This document shows positions 19,330 to 26,591 of a stretch of DNA of 64,000 bases, piece by piece. This DNA comes from a virus. The stretch lies in the IMG/VR virus record IMGVR_UViG_3300021256_000014, positions 854 through 64,853 of that record; one strand, given 5' to 3'. The translations under genes and the position numbers were made by a program. The notes beneath the pieces are model-generated. The model had not been told where the DNA came from, did no database searches, and worked only from the letters and a program-made list of their open reading frames with translations. Each line of letters starts with the position of its first letter. Position 1 is the first letter of the stretch.

Positions 19330-19416
19330 AAAATGAGAGAACGGTTTCAACATCGCCAATTCCTACATTGTTAAAATGCGCCTGTACCTAAGGATGTAGT
19401 TTCCTTTTCTCTCATT
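19328..19416 (-). ncRNA. candidate structured small RNA 1 (~85 nt)
   Basis: ORF-less cassette; 10-bp terminal inverted repeat AATGAGAGAA/TTCTCTCATT, inner stem CTACAT/ATGTAG, 3' T run. Confidence 0.55.
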
Positions 19417-19439
19417 AGAAGAGCCAAAATTTCTGCGAA
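19412..19439 (-). promoter_or_regulatory. 28-bp phage motif
   Basis: tcattagaagagccaaaatttctgcgaa. Confidence 0.7.
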
Positions 19440-19440
19440 C

Positions 19441-19752
19441 TTAAAACCTCGTCTCCCACGCGTGCTTTCGAAGCCGCGGCATCTTTAAAGCCCACATTAC
19501 TTTTCTGACCTCAACTGTCGGGTACAGATCGCCGCTTGGAAGCTCTGCGTTTTCATTGAGATACTCATCAAAGCCCTCGGCATTTGAAATATCAATGCTA
19601 AGCTTCTCTTCCACCCTGCCCCACCTTGTGTACTTAAGGTCTGGATTGAAGTACTGCTGAATCACGGCAAGCCCTTTTCCGTTTGGAAGAAGGAACAGCG
19701 TGCAGTCATTATAAAGCGGGTGATCGCAGTAATAAGTTTTGCCGTCTATCAT
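19441..19752 (-). CDS. conserved phage hypothetical protein
   Basis: CDHPLY..CTL...GLAVIQQ...YPTVEVRK; coupled ORF. Confidence 0.65.
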   Translation of the reverse strand: MIDGKTYYCDHPLYNDCTLFLLPNGKGLAVIQQYFNPDLKYTRWGRVEEKLSIDISNAEGFDEYLNENAELPSGDLYPTVEVRKVMWALKMPRLRKHAWETRF

Positions 19753-20054
19753 GTTTCGTTTCTCTTTCGATGAGTTTCATAAAGGTACCTGAATAATTCG
19801 TGGCGCTTATATAAAAGGTCGTCGTATTCGTTCTGAAGATCTACTATTTGGGAGCTAAACGCTCTATCAAGCTCCTCCTTGATATTAGTAAGGTCTTCAA
19901 TAGCGCGATCTAACTCAGCACTTCGCTTACTCATTTTTGACATTTTGTCGAGTATCTCTTCATCTGAAATCCCATCAGGTATGTCTGTTTGCTCAAATTC
20001 AAACATCTTGTTCGCATTATTGAGCGCGTTGATAATAGCAGTTTTGTCCAGCAT
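19749..20054 (-). CDS. coiled-coil hypothetical protein
   Basis: AAGGAGG RBS; helical sequence. Confidence 0.6.
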   Translation of the reverse strand: MLDKTAIINALNNANKMFEFEQTDIPDGISDEEILDKMSKMSKRSAELDRAIEDLTNIKEELDRAFSSQIVDLQNEYDDLLYKRHELFRYLYETHRKRNET

Positions 20055-20087
20055 GTCTGTGTCCTCCTTTTGAAAAATATAAGTATC

Positions 20088-20215
20088 AAAAAAAATGAGA
20101 GAGGTGACCCACGCTAGTGCTTATGCATACGTAGTCGGATCTTCCCCGACCCACTCAGTCAGATCTTGTCTGACCTCTCGGCGGTCTTAAGGGTGCGTAT
20201 GCTTACCTTCTCATT
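20088..20215 (-). ncRNA. candidate structured small RNA 2 (~125 nt)
   Basis: ORF-less cassette; closing stem AATGAGA-AGGT/ACCT-C-TCTCATT, stem GCATACG/CGTATGC, hairpins GTCAGA/TCTGAC and GTCGG/CCGAC, 3' T8. Confidence 0.65.
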
Positions 20216-20238
20216 AAAAGAGCTAAAAATTCTGCGAA
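20211..20238 (-). promoter_or_regulatory. 28-bp phage motif
   Basis: tcattaaaagagctaaaaattctgcgaa. Confidence 0.7.
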
Positions 20239-20291
20239 AAATAAAGAGCCCAGATAAATACCTGAGCCCTTGTGCGGTTACCGCCAGTGTG

Positions 20292-20414
20292 CTACACTTC
20301 AGGCGGGTATCCGAGGATATACCTGACATGCCTCTCTGTGAGATTCGTCATACTCGCGATCTCGGGGATCGTAAGATACTCCTCTCGATAGAGATGGATG
20401 ACATAATCCTCCAT
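20292..20414 (-). CDS. 40-aa stand-alone HTH protein
   Basis: MEDYVIHLYREEYLTIPEIASMTNLTERHVRYILGYPPEV; GAAAGGAGGTG RBS; not in ORF track. Confidence 0.65.
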   Translation of the reverse strand: MEDYVIHLYREEYLTIPEIASMTNLTERHVRYILGYPPEV

Positions 20415-20447
20415 ACCCTCACCTCCTTTCTTGTGACTTACTGGGTT

Positions 20448-20475
20448 CCATTAAAGGAGGTTATTTATTTGCGAA
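20448..20475 (-). promoter_or_regulatory. 28-bp phage motif
   Basis: ccattaaaggaggttatttatttgcgaa. Confidence 0.65.
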
Positions 20476-20491
20476 AGAAAAGAGCCCGGAA

Positions 20492-20737
20492 CTAAATCCG
20501 AGCCCATCCGTAAAGATCGTCATACGGACCAACTTTTAGTATTGCTTCAGGGTTTACTGCTTCTTCGTATTCATAAATAATCTTCCGCAGCTCAAGAAGA
20601 CTCATGTATCCATAGGTGTTAAATTCTGCAACCACCCTATCTAATATCATGCCTCTCATTTCGTACGGGATACCACTTAATACGAGTAAAGTAGCAGTAG
20701 CTTCCTTTAAGCTTTCAACTGCTCTGTTAGTATCCAT
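20492..20737 (-). CDS. hypothetical protein
   Basis: Cassette ORF; GYMSLLEL...DDLYGW resembles the C-terminus of 14294..14935. Confidence 0.6.
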   Translation of the reverse strand: MDTNRAVESLKEATATLLVLSGIPYEMRGMILDRVVAEFNTYGYMSLLELRKIIYEYEEAVNPEAILKVGPYDDLYGWARI

Positions 20738-20751
20738 AAGTTACCCTCCTT

Positions 20752-20779
20752 TCATTAAAGGAGCAAATATAAATGCGAA
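20752..20779 (-). promoter_or_regulatory. 28-bp phage motif
   Basis: tcattaaaggagcaaatataaatgcgaa; SD begins immediately downstream. Confidence 0.7.
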
Positions 20780-20829
20780 AAAAAAAGAAAGAGACCATAA
20801 AGGTCTCCTCCTTTGAAACTTCTTTCGAT

Positions 20830-21297
20830 TCAATGTTTGAAGAATCGACCAGACAGGCCATTCTTCACAACCGTCTGCTCTGACGTTGTCAGTAAGGCGT
20901 TCTCTTTCTCGAACTCTGTCGATCGATCGAACATCTTAATCTGCGCAACCGCAGAGAAAATCGTTGCCGCTGCTATCCCGCCCTTGCCGACAAGATCAAG
21001 AATTGCTTTTCTCGTGTCGCTCTTGACTTCGGACTCATTCCTCTCACGCTCTGCCTTGATAGCTTCAGCCTTTGTGTTAGCCTCGCTAGCAATTTTCTCG
21101 CGCTCGACCTTGAGTTCCTCGCTCTTCGCCTCCCGATCGAAGTCATTCTTGATATCGGCGTTAAGCTCGTGATAGAGCTTGCTGATCGCCTCGTACTTCT
21201 GCACAGCATCTTCATCAGATGGATCGATCCTGCCAATCGCATCAAGAAGCGCCTTATTAGCCGCCAGTTTCCTAGCCGTGAAATCTTCTGCTGTCAT
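20830..21297 (-). CDS. coiled-coil membrane-associated phage protein
   Basis: Cassette ORF with hydrophobic segment and FEKE motif. Confidence 0.65.
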   Translation of the reverse strand: MTAEDFTARKLAANKALLDAIGRIDPSDEDAVQKYEAISKLYHELNADIKNDFDREAKSEELKVEREKIASEANTKAEAIKAERERNESEVKSDTRKAILDLVGKGGIAAATIFSAVAQIKMFDRSTEFEKENALLTTSEQTVVKNGLSGRFFKH

Positions 21298-21333
21298 TTA
21301 GTTCTCCTTTCTTATTTGAAAGTTTACAGTTTC

Positions 21334-21361
21334 TCACTAAAGGAATAAAAATATAAGCGAA
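21334..21361 (-). promoter_or_regulatory. 28-bp phage motif
   Basis: tcactaaaggaataaaaatataagcgaa. Confidence 0.7.
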
Positions 21362-21379
21362 AAAGAAAAGACCCGTGAA

Positions 21380-21691
21380 TTACTCACGGATCCAATCAGT
21401 TGGACATTCCTTAAAGCTACGTGATATAGCATACAAATATTTCTTTGTGTAACTGTTTTTTCTTTTCCTCAACATGCTAGCATATACAAACACTAAATTT
21501 CCAATCGGCACGCAATAGCAGACTATGTCATGTTTTTTGAATTCTTTACGTAAATCTTTGAATTCGTCGAATGACAATGCTCTGCACAACACGGCTAGAT
21601 TTGGATTCTTTGCCATATCGCCAGCTAATGTTTCAGGCGTAACCCAAGTGTTTTCCCAGTTACCATTCCTAGATAATATTTTCATACTCAT
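21380..21691 (-). CDS. hypothetical protein
   Basis: Start MSMKIL after GAAAGGAG. Confidence 0.6.
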   Translation of the reverse strand: MSMKILSRNGNWENTWVTPETLAGDMAKNPNLAVLCRALSFDEFKDLRKEFKKHDIVCYCVPIGNLVFVYASMLRKRKNSYTKKYLYAISRSFKECPTDWIRE

Positions 21692-21720
21692 ATTCGTCTC
21701 CTTTCTAGGTGTATTGTTCC

Positions 21721-21748
21721 TCACTAAAGGAGTAAAAATATAAGCGAA
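21721..21748 (-). promoter_or_regulatory. 28-bp phage motif
   Basis: tcactaaaggagtaaaaatataagcgaa. Confidence 0.7.
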
Positions 21749-21802
21749 AAAAGAAGAGCCAATCTTTCGATTGACCCTTCAGTCGACAGTTACAAATCTT
21801 TC

Positions 21803-22093
21803 TTACTTCAGAAGCCAGTTACCTGCTTTTGCTTCCCAGTTTGAGCACCAGATGAAAGCGTGACCAAGACCATGCTTTGCGCCTGTGCCAACCTTAACTG
21901 CACCTCCGGCAACGGTCTTCCCGGCCGTGACTACACCGTCAGCTACCACTGTGCCCGCATCGCAGACTGCAGTGATACCAACCTTGTACCACGGCTGTTT
22001 AGCCGTCTCCGTAGGCTTGTCAGACTTGGCAAACGCTGTCATAGACATCGTCATAACCATCATCATTGCTACTACAATAACCATTTTCTTCAT
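21803..22093 (-). CDS. secreted small protein with signal peptide
   Basis: MKKMVIVVAMMMVMTMSMTAFA signal peptide then Gly/Ala/Val amphipathic repeats. Confidence 0.65.
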   Translation of the reverse strand: MKKMVIVVAMMMVMTMSMTAFAKSDKPTETAKQPWYKVGITAVCDAGTVVADGVVTAGKTVAGGAVKVGTGAKHGLGHAFIWCSNWEAKAGNWLLK

Positions 22094-22125
22094 AACTTTA
22101 TCCTCCATAAAAGTTTGTTTTCTTG

Positions 22126-22153
22126 TCATTATAGAGGCATAAATTTATGCGAA
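22126..22153 (-). promoter_or_regulatory. 28-bp phage motif
   Basis: tcattatagaggcataaatttatgcgaa. Confidence 0.7.
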
Positions 22154-22168
22154 AAAAAAGAAGGAGAG

Positions 22169-22303
22169 TTAATCTCCCTCTTCTTCATTGAGTTTATCGC
22201 ACACTATTAAACATACGACTATTGCGGCTACAAACCATGTTACCGGACTTGTCAGTATTTCAGACCATGTTCCGAAATAATATCCCCAAGTGTTAGTAAT
22301 CAT
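22169..22303 (-). CDS. 44-aa single-TM protein
   Basis: MITNTWGYYFGTWSEILTSPVTWFVAAIVVCLIVCDKLNEEEGD; AAGGAGG RBS. Confidence 0.6.
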   Translation of the reverse strand: MITNTWGYYFGTWSEILTSPVTWFVAAIVVCLIVCDKLNEEEGD

Positions 22304-22347
22304 AATTTACCTCCTTATAAAATCAAATGTATTATTTGTGTTTCTTC

Positions 22348-22375
22348 TCATAATGAGGAGGCAAATTTATGCGAA
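22348..22375 (-). promoter_or_regulatory. 28-bp phage motif
   Basis: tcataatgaggaggcaaatttatgcgaa. Confidence 0.65.
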
Positions 22376-22392
22376 AAAGAAGAGGCCAGACA

Positions 22393-22632
22393 TCAGTCTG
22401 AACCCCTTTCTTTTACAAAACTGCAACATAAGTAAATTATGTCATACGGCCAAAGAATAATGTTGATTACGCAAGCCAATAGTAACGCTACCGTACAAGC
22501 GGCCCCATATAAACCAAACTCGCGTTCGATAAGCTTTCGATGTATTCGTTCTGCTTTACCGAGCATACGAAACATAGTCCATATGTTACCAATAATACAG
22601 TAAATCAATAACTTAAATATCAAATTATTCAT
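22393..22632 (-). CDS. small membrane protein
   Basis: Two hydrophobic segments; AAGGAGG RBS. Confidence 0.6.
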   Translation of the reverse strand: MNNLIFKLLIYCIIGNIWTMFRMLGKAERIHRKLIEREFGLYGAACTVALLLACVINIILWPYDIIYLCCSFVKERGSD

Positions 22633-22668
22633 AATGTCCTCCTTAAACAAGTACGTATTTACAGTCTC

Positions 22669-22696
22669 TCACTAGAGGAGCAAATAAAATTGCGAA
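22669..22696 (-). promoter_or_regulatory. 28-bp phage motif
   Basis: tcactagaggagcaaataaaattgcgaa. Confidence 0.7.
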
Positions 22697-22746
22697 AAGG
22701 AAAGAGCCCGGATTTTAGTCCGAGCCCATCCTTTTGACAGATAAGG

Positions 22747-22959
22747 TTATTCTTCTTCTTTTCTCTCTTTTTCAATTTCCTTACTGATAAAGTCGATAAG
22801 TGTCGTGCCAATTACCAGGCGGATCATGAAGTATATCAGCAGTAACCCTCCAATCAACCCAAGGTTACTTACTATAAATGCTATAGTAAGCACCGGGTGG
22901 AATAAGAGCAGTAACATAAATATAACCCAGATCGCCTTAACAATGGTTGATAGCTTCAT
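22747..22959 (-). CDS. small membrane protein
   Basis: Highly hydrophobic 70-aa cassette ORF. Confidence 0.65.
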   Translation of the reverse strand: MKLSTIVKAIWVIFMLLLLFHPVLTIAFIVSNLGLIGGLLLIYFMIRLVIGTTLIDFISKEIEKERKEEE

Positions 22960-23007
22960 TATTTATCCTCCTTTTTTGAATCCGATTTAAAGTTACAATC
23001 TTATCTG

Positions 23008-23035
23008 TCACTATAGAGGCAAAAATATAAGCGAA
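23008..23035 (-). promoter_or_regulatory. 28-bp phage motif
   Basis: tcactatagaggcaaaaatataagcgaa. Confidence 0.7.
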
Positions 23036-23083
23036 AAAAGAAGAGGCTTGGATTTTCTCCAATAACCTCTCTTTTGACTTTAA

Positions 23084-23287
23084 TTACTCTTCAATCAGTT
23101 TCTGATAATCTTTCCAAAATGCTTTTGTGATCTTCCTGCCCCATTTGATTGTCCATTTGACGAGCTTCTTCATCACCCTGTCACTCATTAACACCTTCCA
23201 GGTGATAAACATAGTTACCAGGGATCCAAGCGTGATCCCGCCACTGATCATCAAAATAGTTACAATAATCTCATTCCATTCCATCAT
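23084..23287 (-). CDS. small membrane protein
   Basis: TM segment plus basic amphipathic tail. Confidence 0.65.
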   Translation of the reverse strand: MMEWNEIIVTILMISGGITLGSLVTMFITWKVLMSDRVMKKLVKWTIKWGRKITKAFWKDYQKLIEE

Positions 23288-23325
23288 ATATTACCTCCAT
23301 AAATTGTTTGAATGTAGTTTTCTTG

Positions 23326-23353
23326 TCATTATAAGGAGGTAAATATATGCGAA
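23326..23353 (-). promoter_or_regulatory. 28-bp phage motif
   Basis: tcattataaggaggtaaatatatgcgaa. Confidence 0.7.
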
Positions 23354-23366
23354 AAAAGAAGAGGCG

Positions 23367-23600
23367 TTAAGCCTCCTCCTTTTGTAGTAAGTCCATGAGT
23401 GTGGCTACCCTGTCGTTAAGTTCATGAGTCTCTGCGGTCAGTTGCTCGTAAGCTTCAATAACAGATGTTATGAGCTCGTCGTCTTTTGCTTTTTCTCTAT
23501 GTTCGTCTATCACATCGGCAACGTGCTCGATCCAATAATCTGCTGTTGAAAGATACATCGCAATATAGCCCAGAGTATCCAATCGTGATACTTTATCCAT
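23367..23600 (-). CDS. small acidic helical protein
   Basis: Cassette ORF; GAAAGGAGGT RBS. Confidence 0.65.
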   Translation of the reverse strand: MDKVSRLDTLGYIAMYLSTADYWIEHVADVIDEHREKAKDDELITSVIEAYEQLTAETHELNDRVATLMDLLQKEEA

Positions 23601-23618
23601 AAGTAGTTACCTCCTTTC

Positions 23619-23646
23619 TCACTAAAGGAGTAAAAATTTATACGAA
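23619..23646 (-). promoter_or_regulatory. 28-bp phage motif
   Basis: tcactaaaggagtaaaaatttatacgaa. Confidence 0.65.
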
Positions 23647-23662
23647 AAAAGAAAGAGAAGCA

Positions 23663-23869
23663 TTAACGCTCCCCTTTCAGTCCTGCTACTATAATTTTTC
23701 TTAATTCTTTTTTCTCTTCATCTGTTAATGATACACTTATATCTTCTTTAAAATCAGCCATGTCTATTTTACCAGCCTTCTTGCATTCAACCGCTAAGGT
23801 CACAAGGTCTATTTCTCTCCTAATCTTAGCAAGTTGAGCATCCTCGGTAAGTAATCTTTTCCGACTCAT
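23663..23869 (-). CDS. hypothetical protein
   Basis: Start MSRKRL after GAAAGGAG. Confidence 0.6.
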   Translation of the reverse strand: MSRKRLLTEDAQLAKIRREIDLVTLAVECKKAGKIDMADFKEDISVSLTDEEKKELRKIIVAGLKGER

Positions 23870-23897
23870 AATAATCTCCTTTCTGTGAATCATTACC

Positions 23898-23925
23898 TCA
23901 CTAAAGGAGCCAAATTATCTGCGAA
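23898..23925 (-). promoter_or_regulatory. 28-bp phage motif
   Basis: tcactaaaggagccaaattatctgcgaa. Confidence 0.7.
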
Positions 23926-23979
23926 AAGAAAAAAGAAGAGCCAATCTTTCGATTGACCCTTCGAGATATGAGACTATTT

Positions 23980-24381
23980 TCAGCCCCAAGGAAATCTTCC
24001 GCATTTCCCATCTGTAATTTTTACAATGTTTTCACTGCGCTGACTTTTGTAGGCCGTAATTCCGCCGTGCTTTTCAAGCATTTTATCTACAACTTCCACA
24101 GGCACATACCCGTAGACGGTGTTTGTCAGATCATCAGGATCTTCCGCGAAGTCGAGAATCATCTCCTCCTCCTTAGACGGATAGCCAAGTTCGACCTGTT
24201 TATAGTCGATTTGCCCATCTTTTCTGGGAGTGCAGTAATGATACTGACTCGCTTGAATCGAGATCGCAAAACCGTCTGCGCACACTGCCCATGGGCGAAT
24301 GTCCTGTACTGTTACAGCACGGGCTCCAAGCCCTACAAGTTTAGCGCTATAAAACTTCTTTAAAAACTCATTTGTGTTCAT
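23980..24381 (-). CDS. conserved phage hypothetical protein
   Basis: CADGFAISIQAS..HYCTPR...VELGYPS...TVYGYVP...KHGG pattern. Confidence 0.7.
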   Translation of the reverse strand: MNTNEFLKKFYSAKLVGLGARAVTVQDIRPWAVCADGFAISIQASQYHYCTPRKDGQIDYKQVELGYPSKEEEMILDFAEDPDDLTNTVYGYVPVEVVDKMLEKHGGITAYKSQRSENIVKITDGKCGRFPWG

Positions 24382-24414
24382 GTTATTCTCCTTTCTGTGA
24401 TGAAAATATAATCC

Positions 24415-24442
24415 TCACTAAAGGAGGCAAATTATCTGCGAA
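24415..24442 (-). promoter_or_regulatory. 28-bp phage motif
   Basis: tcactaaaggaggcaaattatctgcgaa. Confidence 0.7.
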
Positions 24443-24833
24443 GGCGGCTAAGACAGTAGAAGAAGCGCCTGTACTGATGATAATAATAGTCCCTTGAGCA
24501 CACAAGGCCATCTGCCCTGAGGCACCCATAAGATAACCCTTCGGTCACGCCTTTTAGAAGGTATTTGTAAATATCACTATCAGCCTCGATCGCAGCCTGC
24601 TCGACCATCTCCACCTTCTTTAAATACTCATCTCTCCTCTCAACCATCCATTCAACAGGCTTAGCAACATCGCTCGACCTCCCGTCTCCCTTCTCGCCAA
24701 ACCAGTTAAGCCTGCCAAGCTCTTTCTTCCACTCATTATACTGAAGGCAGAAGTGCTTAAGCTCATAGTATCTGTGTTTACTGATGTAGTATTCGTTACT
24801 TTTTGAAATCTTTGCTCTAATTACAGTTCCCAT
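24432..24833 (-). CDS. RinA/ArpU-like phage transcriptional regulator
   Basis: ISKHRYYELKHFCLQY N-terminus and C-terminal HTH-like (GLSY...SRDYYY..YRRFF). Confidence 0.55.
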   Translation of the reverse strand: MGTVIRAKISKSNEYYISKHRYYELKHFCLQYNEWKKELGRLNWFGEKGDGRSSDVAKPVEWMVERRDEYLKKVEMVEQAAIEADSDIYKYLLKGVTEGLSYGCLRADGLVCSRDYYYHQYRRFFYCLSRLRR

Positions 24834-24859
24834 AACATCCTCCTTAAATGTAGGGAAAC

Positions 24860-25042
24860 TGTAACTCAAATGACCGTAACCTGCGTTCTCCTTTCATTAA
24901 AATTACTCAAGTTACTCAAAATACTGCCCTGCGATAGTCTATAGTCTACGCTTTAAAACACGTTTTGCTCGTGGGTTCGAATCCCATATGCTCCATTGAA
25001 AGTACGCCTTTAAAGGGATACGTTACTCAACTTATTACTCAT
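24860..25042 (+). mobile_element. attP site: tRNA 3' fragment (24970-24995) flanked by TTACTCAA arm-type repeats
   Basis: GTGGG-TTCGAAT-CCCAT T-arm plus ATGCTCC-A acceptor strand directly downstream of integrase; TTACTCAA at 24903, 24912 and 25023. Confidence 0.8.
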
Positions 25043-26277
25043 TTAAGCTCGGCAATTGAGTTAATTATCTCTCTCTTTTGCTGAGCTCTCTTTCTGTCCC
25101 TATGATAATGAAGCTCGGTTGTTGAAATATCAGTGTGCCCCATCTGCTTTTCTATAACTTTCGAATCCACATGGTTATCAAGTAGTATTGTTCCGTAAGT
25201 CTTTCTAAGCTTGTGGGGAGATCGTATTGGAATATCAAGCTTTTTGCAGATCTGGTAGAGTCTTTTCCTTATCTGATTTGTATGCATCCTGTTTCCATGC
25301 ATCCCGATGAAGATAAAGTCCGGAGCTTTTCTTAAAATATCAAGAAGCCAAGTGTAGGAATCTGGCACTATTACTCTCCTTACTCCTGCAGGCGTCTTTG
25401 GATACTCTGATACTTCAAAGTAGTTCTTGCCATTTAATCTAAACTGAGTCTCCGTTCTATGAACAAAGATTTCCCCGTTTAAAATATCAGAACCTTTAAG
25501 GCACACGACCTCGCCAACCCGAAGACCTGTTGCGAACAATAAAAGGACCCCAAGACACGACAAATCGTCTAAATGCTCTTTGCAGTACTTTGTAACCATC
25601 TCGATCTCATCGTCGTAAAAGATCTCTTTTGCATCATCAACTATCTTTGGCTTAAAGTCAGCCTCACTCATATCGAGGTCTTGAAATATCATTTCAACTG
25701 AGTATGGAAAGAGCCCCATTCTCTTTGCCTTTTTAAAGATGCCCTTAGTTAAGGTCTTTAAATTGGAGAAAGCCTTTCTTGACAGATGGTATTTTGCAAC
25801 CTGGTCTTCTAAAAAGGTCGAAATATCATTGGGAGTAACCCTGCTTATCCTCTCTTTTCCAAAGTCAGCAAAGAATTTCTCAAAGTCGTGGTCAAACCTT
25901 GTCGCAGTTGAGGGCTTGATTTTGCCAATTTCGACTCTTCTTTTATTCCACTGAGCATAAATATCATTGATTGTCGGATCTGTTGCGTTGTTCTTGTAGT
26001 AAGATACTATAAGCTTTTCAAGTTCTGCCCTGTCCTTTCTTTGAATTCTCTTTCGATCCGGCAGGTAAGTGACCCACCTCCCATCTTTGTTTTGATAGAT
26101 TTTGTACCTGTGTTTCTTTAAGTATTCCTGATTTTCCATTTCCTTTATTCTGCAGATTACGGTCTCATCAAGAATACCATTTTTGAGTAACTCATTCAAC
26201 AAAGTGTCCATGCTAGCATAATAACTTGAGTAATGGTCACCCGGATTCGAAAAAAAATAGAGCCGTGAAATATCCAC
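25039..26277 (-). CDS. int: tyrosine recombinase / phage integrase
   Basis: TGLRVGE, PKT, SPHKLRKTY, MGH...Y catalytic motifs; start may be Met at 26211. Confidence 0.9.
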   Translation of the reverse strand: MDISRLYFFSNPGDHYSSYYASMDTLLNELLKNGILDETVICRIKEMENQEYLKKHRYKIYQNKDGRWVTYLPDRKRIQRKDRAELEKLIVSYYKNNATDPTINDIYAQWNKRRVEIGKIKPSTATRFDHDFEKFFADFGKERISRVTPNDISTFLEDQVAKYHLSRKAFSNLKTLTKGIFKKAKRMGLFPYSVEMIFQDLDMSEADFKPKIVDDAKEIFYDDEIEMVTKYCKEHLDDLSCLGVLLLFATGLRVGEVVCLKGSDILNGEIFVHRTETQFRLNGKNYFEVSEYPKTPAGVRRVIVPDSYTWLLDILRKAPDFIFIGMHGNRMHTNQIRKRLYQICKKLDIPIRSPHKLRKTYGTILLDNHVDSKVIEKQMGHTDISTTELHYHRDRKRAQQKREIINSIAELK

Positions 26278-26288
26278 GACCCTATTTT
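26250..26288 (-). terminator. intrinsic terminator ending late operon
   Basis: ATAGGGTCGTG...CACGGCTCTAT hairpin plus T8. Confidence 0.7.
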
Positions 26289-26303
26289 CTAAAAGCAGCT
26301 TAC

Positions 26304-26543
26304 CTATTTATCTTGAGAGAAGGCATTTAGAGTATGATTCGTCACTGTGAATCCTATGGTATGCTGCTTTTCTATTACATCAAGATCATAGTCAAGTGAA
26401 AGCCAGAACGCCGGCGCCGTAGGATCATCTTTGTTGATCATAAATCTCCCCGCTTTTTTGTATGATCTGAGTAACCTGTCTGTAATTACGCCCAGTACAA
26501 ACATTAAAAGTCCATAAAGGACTGGAAGTATTAATGCGCTCAT
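26304..26543 (-). CDS. small membrane protein downstream of lysin
   Basis: N-terminal TM; RBS. Confidence 0.6.
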   Translation of the reverse strand: MSALILPVLYGLLMFVLGVITDRLLRSYKKAGRFMINKDDPTAPAFWLSLDYDLDVIEKQHTIGFTVTNHTLNAFSQDK

Positions 26544-26591
26544 AAGTCTCCTTTCAAAACATTTTCCAAAATTCCCTTCCGGGGATTTTTT

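Noticed and set aside
15380-24442. CRISPR array interpretation of the 28-bp repeats
   Set aside because: Repeats are degenerate, spacing ranges from about 110 bp to over 1 kb, intervals hold genes with RBSs, and no cas operon is present
24940-24995. Intact tRNA gene
   Set aside because: Only T-arm and acceptor 3' strand are present; no D-arm, anticodon arm or matching 5' strand
19126-26277. Classical integron (cassettes next to a tyrosine recombinase)
   Set aside because: Motif lacks attC RYYYAAC/GTTRRRY palindromic ends; the recombinase has its own tRNA-type attP and looks like a prophage integrase
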